A stretch of DNA of 64,000 nt from contig OZ241898.1 in assembly GCA_965203525.1 (NCBI GenBank), positions 862,164-926,163 of the forward strand. Reading direction: 5' to 3'. The position numbers and the translations under genes are program-made. This stretch comes from Vicinamibacterales bacterium (GTDB taxonomy: Bacteria; Acidobacteriota; Vicinamibacteria; Vicinamibacterales; UBA8438). Shown here one piece after another: positions 57,661 through 64,000 of this stretch. Positions within the stretch are counted from its first letter, which is position 1; each line of letters opens with the position of its first letter. The notes under the pieces are model-generated. The model had not been told where the DNA came from. It did not search any database and saw only the letters and a list, made by a program, of their open reading frames with translations.

Positions 57661-60096
57661 ATGAACCAGAAGATGCTGAAGTCCATCCCCGGGATCGGGT
57701 TCGCGTGCGCGGGGTTGGCCTTGACGGCATTTGCAGGCCTCCCCGCCGGCCTGGCCGCGCAGGAGCCGGCGGCGGCCGCGGCGATCGCCGCCGCGCCGGC
57801 CGCGGCGGAGGCGGCCACCGGATCGGCGCCGGCCGCGGAGAGCAGCCGGCGGCTGCTGGACCGCTACTGCGTGGCCTGCCACAACGACCGCCTGGAGACC
57901 GCGGGCCTCAGCCTGCAGGAAATCGACGTTCTGCACGTCGCCGAAGGCGCCGAGACGTGGGAAAAGGTGGTGCGGAAGCTGCGCACCGGCACCATGCCGC
58001 CGTCCAACCGGCCGCAGCCGCCCGCCGCGGCCCGCCGGGACCTGCTGGCGTGGCTGGAGACGTCGCTCGACGCCGCGTCGGAGGCGAATCCGAACCCGGG
58101 CCGCACGGAGACCCTCCGGCGTCTCAACCGCACCGAGTACCAGAATGCGATCCGGGACCTGCTGGCTCTCGACGTCGACGCCGCGGCGCTGCTGCCGCCG
58201 GACGAGAGCGGCCACGGCTTCGACAACGTCACGGTGGGCAACCTCTCGCCGGCGCTGCTCGACCGCTACATCTCGGCCGCGCGCAGGATCAGCCGGCTGG
58301 CGGTCGGGGCGCGGCGGGAGTCGGTCGAAAGCGCCGTGATCCGGGTGCCGCCCGACACCACGCAGGAAGAGCACGTGCCGGGACTGCCGATCGGCACCCG
58401 CGGCGGCGTGCTGGTGACGCATACCTTCCCGCAGGACGGCGAGTACGACGTCCAGGTGCTGCTGGCGCGCAACCGCAGCGGCAACGTCGGCGGCCTGCGC
58501 GACCCGCGCCCGCACGAGCTGGAGCTGCTGATCGACCGGACGCCGATCGCGCGCTTCACCGTGGCGCGTCCGGAGGATCGCGACGACACGCTCCTGGATC
58601 GCAACCTGAAGGTGCGCACCGCGGTCACCGCCGGACCGCACCAGCTCGGCGTCACGTTTTCCAGGGACGGCGCATCGCTGCTGGAGACCGAGCGCCAGCC
58701 GTTGCAGTCGCACTTCAACGAGACCCGGCATCCGCGCCAGACGCCCGCCGTCTACCAGGTGACGGTCACCGGTCCGTATGCGCCGCGGGGCGCCGGCGAC
58801 ACGCCGAGCCGCCGCCGCCTCTTCGTCTGCCGGCCGGCCGGGGCGAGCGACGAAGAACCGTGCGCCCGCCGGATCCTGTCGAACCTCATGCGCCGCGCCT
58901 ACCGCCGCCCGGTCTCCGACGAGGACGTCGCCGGGCCGCTGGCCTTCTACCGCGAAGGGCGTGCGGCGGGCGACTTCGACGACGGCGTCGAGAAGGCCCT
59001 GGCCGCGGTGCTCATCAACCCCGAGTTCCTGTTCCGGGTCGAGCTGGATCCGCGGGACGTCGCCGGCGGCGCGTACCGGATCAGCGACCTGGAGCTGGCG
59101 TCGCGCCTGTCGTTCTTCCTCTGGAGCAGCATTCCGGACGACGAACTGCTCGACGCCGCGGTGCGCGGCGCGCTGAGCCGGCCCGGGGAACTGGAGCGGC
59201 AGACCCGCCGGATGCTCGCCGACCCGCGTTCCTACAACCTCGCGAGCAACTTCGCGGGGCAGTGGCTGCAACTCCGCAACCTGGCGTCCGTCAGCCCGAA
59301 CCCGCGCCTGTTCACGGACTTCGACGACAACCTGCGCCAGGCGTTGCGGGAGGAAACGGAGCGCTTCTTCGACAGCGTGCTGCGCGAGGACCGCGGCGTG
59401 GCGGACCTGCTCGACGCCGACTACACCTTCCTGAACGAGCGGCTGGCCAAACACTACGGGATCCCCAACGTCTACGGGACCCGCTTCCGGCGCGTGCGGC
59501 TCGCTCCCGACAGCCGGCGCGGCGGGCTGCTGCGGCACGGGAGCATCCTGTCGGTGACCTCCTACGCGACGCGCACGTCCCCGGTGATCCGTGGCGTCTG
59601 GGTGCTGTCCAACGTCTTCGGCGCACCGCCGCCGCCGCCGCTGCCCAACGTGCCGGCGCTCGAGGAGAACGAGGTGGCCGCCAACCTGCCGATGCGGGAA
59701 CGGCTGGCCGCCCACCGCGGCAACCCGGTCTGCGCGAACTGCCACCGGACGATCGATCCGGTCGGCTTCGCGCTGGAGAACTTCGACGCGGTGGGCCGCT
59801 GGCGGGACCACGAAGGGGACGCCGCGTCCATCGACGTCTCCGGGGCGCTGCCCCTGGTCGGCGGGTTCGACGGGGTGGACGGTCTGGAAGCGGGCCTGCT
59901 GACCCGCCCGGACCTGTTCGCCGGCACCATCACCGAGAAGCTGCTGACGTTCGCGCTCGGACGGGGCGTCGAGTACTACGACGCGCCGGCCGTCCGCCGG
60001 ATTCTGCGCGCCACCGAGCCGGACGGTTACCGCCTGTCGTCGCTCGTCGTGGAAATCGTCAAGAGTGTTCCGTTTCAGATGAGGAGATCGTCATGA
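57661..60096 (+). CDS. Cytochrome c-containing DUF1587/1595/1592/1588/1585 protein
   Basis: CVACH and CANCH heme motifs, RRLNRTEYQNAIRDLL, HGFDN, ELASRLSFFLWSSIPD, FAGQWL, TSPVIRG, ENFDAVGRWR. Confidence 0.9.
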   Translation: MNQKMLKSIPGIGFACAGLALTAFAGLPAGLAAQEPAAAAAIAAAPAAAEAATGSAPAAESSRRLLDRYCVACHNDRLETAGLSLQEIDVLHVAEGAETWEKVVRKLRTGTMPPSNRPQPPAAARRDLLAWLETSLDAASEANPNPGRTETLRRLNRTEYQNAIRDLLALDVDAAALLPPDESGHGFDNVTVGNLSPALLDRYISAARRISRLAVGARRESVESAVIRVPPDTTQEEHVPGLPIGTRGGVLVTHTFPQDGEYDVQVLLARNRSGNVGGLRDPRPHELELLIDRTPIARFTVARPEDRDDTLLDRNLKVRTAVTAGPHQLGVTFSRDGASLLETERQPLQSHFNETRHPRQTPAVYQVTVTGPYAPRGAGDTPSRRRLFVCRPAGASDEEPCARRILSNLMRRAYRRPVSDEDVAGPLAFYREGRAAGDFDDGVEKALAAVLINPEFLFRVELDPRDVAGGAYRISDLELASRLSFFLWSSIPDDELLDAAVRGALSRPGELERQTRRMLADPRSYNLASNFAGQWLQLRNLASVSPNPRLFTDFDDNLRQALREETERFFDSVLREDRGVADLLDADYTFLNERLAKHYGIPNVYGTRFRRVRLAPDSRRGGLLRHGSILSVTSYATRTSPVIRGVWVLSNVFGAPPPPPLPNVPALEENEVAANLPMRERLAAHRGNPVCANCHRTIDPVGFALENFDAVGRWRDHEGDAASIDVSGALPLVGGFDGVDGLEAGLLTRPDLFAGTITEKLLTFALGRGVEYYDAPAVRRILRATEPDGYRLSSLVVEIVKSVPFQMRRSS

Positions 60097-61436
60097 TCAT
60101 CACGAAGAAGGCCCTCCCCCGGCGTACTTTCCTGCGGGGGCTGCAGGCCACCCTGGCGCTGCCGCTGCTCGACGCGATGGTTCCCGCGGCGACCGCGCTG
60201 GCCCGGACGCCGGCCCGGCCGGTCTCCAGGCTCGGCTTCGTGTTCATCCCGATGGGCTGCGACCACGGCCGCTGGACGCCGGCCGACGGCGGGCGGCTGG
60301 GGCAGTTGACCCCGATTCTCAGCCCCCTCGAGCCGGTCAAGGAGCAGTTGACGGTCATCACGAACCTGGAGCTGCAGCTCTCGTATCCCGGGACCCACGA
60401 CACGTCGAACTCCGGGTTCCTGAGCGCCGCCTACGCCAAGCACACCGAGAGTTCCGACTACCACCTGGGGACGACGGTCGACCAGATCGCGGCGCGGAAG
60501 ATCGGGCGGGACACGCAGCTTCCGTCGCTCGAGCTGTCGATGGACCTGAACCCGCTCGCCGGGGTGTGCAACAACGGCTACGCCTGCGTCTACCAGAACT
60601 GCCTGTCGTGGTCGTCGCCGACCACGCCGCTGCCGTCCGAGGCGCATCCGCGCATCGTGTTCGAGCGCCTGTTCGGCGAGGGGGGCACCGCCGCCGAGCG
60701 GCAGGCGGCGCTCCGCGGCCGGGGCAGCCTGCTCGATTCGTTCAGCGCCGACGTCGCGCGCCTGAAGCGCGCGGTGGGGCCGGCCGACCGCAAGCGGGTG
60801 GACCAGTACCTCGACAGCGTCCGCGAGGTCGAACGGCAGATCCAGCGGGCGGAGGCCGGCGCGCTCGACAATCCGATGCCCGACGTGGACCGCCCGGTCG
60901 GAGTTCCGGCCGCGTTCGCCGACCACGCCAGGCTCATGTTCGACCTGCAGGCGCTGGCGTTCCAGGCCGACATCACGCGCGTGGTCAGCTTCCAGCTCAC
61001 CCGCGAGCTGAGCAACCGCACGTATCCGGAGATCGGGGTGCCGGACCCGCACCACCCCACCAGCCACCACGGGAACGATCCAGAGAAGCTGCTGAAGATC
61101 TCCATGATCAACACGTTCCACGTGTCGCTGTTCGCCGAGTTCCTCGAGAAGCTGAAGAACACGCCGGACGGCGACGGGTCGCTGCTGGACAACACCGTCT
61201 ACCTGTACGGCAGCGGGATGGGCAACTCCAGCCTGCACGACCACGAGAACCTGCCGATCCTGGTGGCCGGCGGCGCCGCGTGCGGCATGAACGGCGGGCG
61301 GCACATCCGGTACGGCGAGGGCACGCCGCTCGCCAACCTGCACCTCACGCTGCTCGACCGGGTGGGCGTGCGCCTGGATTCGTTCGGCGACAGCGACGGC
61401 CGGGTCGAGAAGCTGGTGAGCGCCGTTCCGGTGTAG
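60093..61436 (+). CDS. DUF1552 domain protein (Tat-like RRTFL leader)
   Basis: LPRRTFLRG..LALPLLDAM, TVDQIAA, PSLEL, YLDSVREVE, AFQADITRV, GSLLDN, H...NLP. ATGA overlap with the upstream gene. Confidence 0.9.
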   Translation: MIITKKALPRRTFLRGLQATLALPLLDAMVPAATALARTPARPVSRLGFVFIPMGCDHGRWTPADGGRLGQLTPILSPLEPVKEQLTVITNLELQLSYPGTHDTSNSGFLSAAYAKHTESSDYHLGTTVDQIAARKIGRDTQLPSLELSMDLNPLAGVCNNGYACVYQNCLSWSSPTTPLPSEAHPRIVFERLFGEGGTAAERQAALRGRGSLLDSFSADVARLKRAVGPADRKRVDQYLDSVREVERQIQRAEAGALDNPMPDVDRPVGVPAAFADHARLMFDLQALAFQADITRVVSFQLTRELSNRTYPEIGVPDPHHPTSHHGNDPEKLLKISMINTFHVSLFAEFLEKLKNTPDGDGSLLDNTVYLYGSGMGNSSLHDHENLPILVAGGAACGMNGGRHIRYGEGTPLANLHLTLLDRVGVRLDSFGDSDGRVEKLVSAVPV

Positions 61437-61504
61437 CGGCCCGGCAGGCCCCGGCGGGAGGGCCCGGCCCGGGGCCGCCGGAAGATAATGACGGGAGGCG
61501 CCGG

Positions 61505-61648
61505 CCAGGAAGTGGCGGCCGGCTGCTTCCGTCCGCCAGCCGCCGGGGCCGCTGGAAGTAAAGACGGGAGACGCCGACCAGGAAGTGGCGGTCGGCTGCT
61601 TCCGTCCGCCGGTCGCCGGAGGCCCGCTGGAAGGAAAGACGGGAGACG
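61505..61648. repeat. Two tandem ~72-bp copies upstream of the ankyrin gene
   Basis: ccaggaagtggcggycggctgcttccgtccgcc...cgctggaagkaaagacgggagacg occurs twice. Confidence 0.8.
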
Positions 61649-61652
61649 ACAA

Positions 61653-63251
61653 ATGGATTGGCGACGATTGATCGCTGGAGTCCCGGTCGTGGCGCTCGCC
61701 GCGGCCGGCGCGGCCGCGGCGGCCGAGGAGACCCCGCTGGCCGATGCGGTCGAGCAGGGGCGGGCCGGTCTCGTCCGCGGCCTGCTGGTGCGCGGTGCCG
61801 ACGTGAACGCGCCGCAGGTCGACGGCACGACCGCCCTGCACTGGGCGGCGTACCGCGACGACCTGGAGACGGCGCGGCTTCTGCTCGCGGCGGACGCCGA
61901 CGTCGGCGCGGTGAACCGCTACGGCGTGCCGGCGCTGTCGCTGGCCGCCACCAACGGCAGCGCGGCCTTCGTGCGGCTTCTGCTCGACGCGGGCGCCGAC
62001 CCGAACGCGGCGCTGCTGGGCGGAGAGACCGTCCTGATGACCGCGGCGCGCACGGGGAGTCTCGCGGCGGTGGAGGCGCTGCTGGCCGCCGGCGCCGACC
62101 CGGCCGCGCGGGAGCGGCGCGGGCAGACCGCGTTGATGTGGGCGGCGGCCGAGGGGCACCTGGGTATCGTCAACGCCCTCCTCGAGGCCGGAGCCGACGT
62201 CCGCGCTGCCCTCGAATCCGGGTTCAACCCGCTGTTCTTCGCCGTGCGCGAAGGCCGCATCGACGTCGTGCGGCGGCTGCTGCGGGCCGGCGAGGACGTG
62301 AACGCGGTTCTCGAACGGGTGAAGGACGGGCCGGACGCCGCGGTCAACAACGCCAGCTACCGGCCGGTGGACGACGGCATGAGTCCCCTGTTGCTGGCGG
62401 TCCGGAACGGCCACTTCGAGCTCGCGGCCGAGTTGATCGAAGCCGGGGCCGATCCGAACGATCAGCGCACCGGATTCGCGCCGCTGCACACGATGTCGTG
62501 GGTGCGGAAGCCGGATGCGAGCGATCGCGGCGACCCGCCGCCGATCGGTTCGGGCAACCTGACCGGGCTGCAGTTCGTGCGGAAGCTCGTGGCGCTCGGC
62601 GCGGACGTGAACCTGCGCCTGAACACCGCCGGCGTCCGGCCGCCGCACACCGCGTCCCGGCTCGGGATGGAGGGAGCGACGGCGTTCCTGATGGCCGCCG
62701 ACCGGGCCGACGTCCCGTTCATGCGGTTGCTGCTGGAGCTGGGCGCGGATCCGTTCGTTCCGAACGTCGAGGGCTCCACGCCGCTGATGGCGGCGGCCGG
62801 GCTCGGCACCACCGCCCCGGAGGAGGAGGCCGGCTCGGAGGCCGAGGCGCGTGACGCGGTCCGGTTGCTCCTCGATCTCGGCGCGGACATCGACGCCGTC
62901 GACGACAACGGTGACACCGCGATGCACGGCGCCGCGTTCGCCAGCTTCCCGACGGTGGTGCAGCAGCTCGCCGACAACGGGGCCGACGTCCGCGTCTGGA
63001 CGCAGCCGAACGAGCAGGGCCGGACGCCGCTGTTCATCGCCGAGGGCTACCGCGGCGGACTGCCGCGGCCGTCCCGTCCCACCATCGAGGCGCTCACGTT
63101 CCTCATGGACGGCGCGGGCGTTCCCACGGACGGGCCGCGACCCGAGCTCGTGGACATGTACTCGCAGCCTGCTCCGACGCCGCCCGCGCAGCAGCCCGAG
63201 AAACCGGAGAAGCCCGAGCAGGGCGCCAAGGCGCAGCCGCGGGTGCGCTAG
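61653..63251 (+). CDS. Secreted ankyrin repeat protein
   Basis: Signal peptide and many GxTALHxA / GADVN ankyrin repeats. Usual partner of DUF1592-DUF1552 clusters. Confidence 0.92.
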   Translation: MDWRRLIAGVPVVALAAAGAAAAAEETPLADAVEQGRAGLVRGLLVRGADVNAPQVDGTTALHWAAYRDDLETARLLLAADADVGAVNRYGVPALSLAATNGSAAFVRLLLDAGADPNAALLGGETVLMTAARTGSLAAVEALLAAGADPAARERRGQTALMWAAAEGHLGIVNALLEAGADVRAALESGFNPLFFAVREGRIDVVRRLLRAGEDVNAVLERVKDGPDAAVNNASYRPVDDGMSPLLLAVRNGHFELAAELIEAGADPNDQRTGFAPLHTMSWVRKPDASDRGDPPPIGSGNLTGLQFVRKLVALGADVNLRLNTAGVRPPHTASRLGMEGATAFLMAADRADVPFMRLLLELGADPFVPNVEGSTPLMAAAGLGTTAPEEEAGSEAEARDAVRLLLDLGADIDAVDDNGDTAMHGAAFASFPTVVQQLADNGADVRVWTQPNEQGRTPLFIAEGYRGGLPRPSRPTIEALTFLMDGAGVPTDGPRPELVDMYSQPAPTPPAQQPEKPEKPEQGAKAQPRVR

Positions 63252-63424
63252 GCGCGCATTCGCGGGCCGACGTCAAAGTCCCCGGGCGCTGGTCGTCTTC
63301 GATCACGCCGTCCGGGGTCTTTTTTGTGCCCTCTTTCCGGATAGACGCTGTCCCCTCCGCTTCCGTGGCTGGCTCGAGTGACTCGGATCGACATCAGATG
63401 CGGCATCGAATAGCATGACGCATC

Positions 63425-63661
63425 ATGAGAACCACCATCAACATCGCCACGCCGATCTTCGACGAGCTCAAGCGCATGCAGCAGCGGGACGGCGGCACGC
63501 TCGGCGAGCTGGTGACCGGCCTGCTCGCCGAGGGGATCGAGAGCCGTCGCCGCGGCCGTTCCGATCCGGCGTTCACCTGGATCAGCCAGCCGATGCGCGC
63601 TCGCGTCGACCTGACCGACAAGGACGCCCTGGCGGCTGTTCTTGAAGACGATCGCGCATGA
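63425..63661 (+). CDS. vapB: VapB-type antitoxin
   Basis: MRTTINI...LGELV..LL...ARVDLTDKDAL. ATGA overlap with the PIN gene. Confidence 0.85.
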   Translation: MRTTINIATPIFDELKRMQQRDGGTLGELVTGLLAEGIESRRRGRSDPAFTWISQPMRARVDLTDKDALAAVLEDDRA

Positions 63662-64000
63662 GTTACACGATCGACGCCAACGTGCTGTTGTATGCGTCGG
63701 ATCGGGCGTCCCCGTTTCACGAGGCGGCAAGCGCCTTCCTGGAGGCCCGCTCCCGGGATCCCGACGTGCTGTGTCTGACGTGGCCGGTCGTCATGGCGTA
63801 CGTCCGCTTGGCGACGCATCCGCGGGTCTTCGATGCGCCGATGACCCCGCGCGCCGCCTTCGACAACGTCGCCGAGTTGATGCGCCTGCCCCGGTGCCGC
63901 GTGGTGACCGAGCCGGAGGGGTTTCTCGACGTCTGCCGCGGCGTCGCCATCGACGTGACCGCGCGCGGCAACCTCGTGCCGGACGCGCATCTGGCGGCGC
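63658..64000 (+). CDS. vapC: VapC PIN-domain toxin, runs off the window
   Basis: MSYTIDANVLLYASD..SPFH...RLATHPRVF...GNLVPDAHLAA. Not in the ORF track because it has no stop in the window. Confidence 0.9.
   Translation, partial: MSYTIDANVLLYASDRASPFHEAASAFLEARSRDPDVLCLTWPVVMAYVRLATHPRVFDAPMTPRAAFDNVAELMRLPRCRVVTEPEGFLDVCRGVAIDVTARGNLVPDAHLAA

Noticed and set aside
63280-63326. Rho-independent terminator after the ankyrin gene
   Set aside because: A T-run is present but the stem is imperfect and long-looped; not confident enough to list.

Overview
Very GC-rich bacterial DNA. The DUF1592/DUF1552/ankyrin cluster, Rpn/Uma2 genes and codon style suggest an Acidobacteriota-like organism; this is inference only. 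The window holds two large methylation-based anti-phage systems, each interrupted by lower-GC cargo. (1) A type 2 BREX/Pgl locus: a probable pglW 3' remnant, pglX, then cargo (IS21-like end, deleted XRE gene, orphan RHH antitoxin, an ATPase + ATPase-wHTH-TPR pair, a 15-bp VNTR), then pglY, pglZ, brxD, brxHI (about 2.4-24.2 kb). (2) A class 1 DISARM locus: drmD, drmMI, then cargo (GNAT-PIN-PUA-like protein + ASCH protein flanked by a duplicated drmMI 3' end, a small TM protein, a truncated conserved protein, a Panacea antitoxin + coiled-coil/TM partner), then drmA, drmB, with drmC apparently lost (about 35-53.4 kb). Between and after these loci are ordinary genes (Uma2, NhaC-type antiporter, frameshifted beta-propeller hydrolase, penicillin acylase, OM beta-barrel, DASS transporter, Usp, cytochrome c/Cu-monooxygenase, DUF2911-like, DUF1592-DUF1552-ankyrin, vapBC). 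The best candidates for an undescribed system are the GNAT-PIN-PUA + ASCH cassette coupled to drmMI and the paired-ATPase/TPR module inside BREX. All family calls come from motif recognition by eye; no searches were run.
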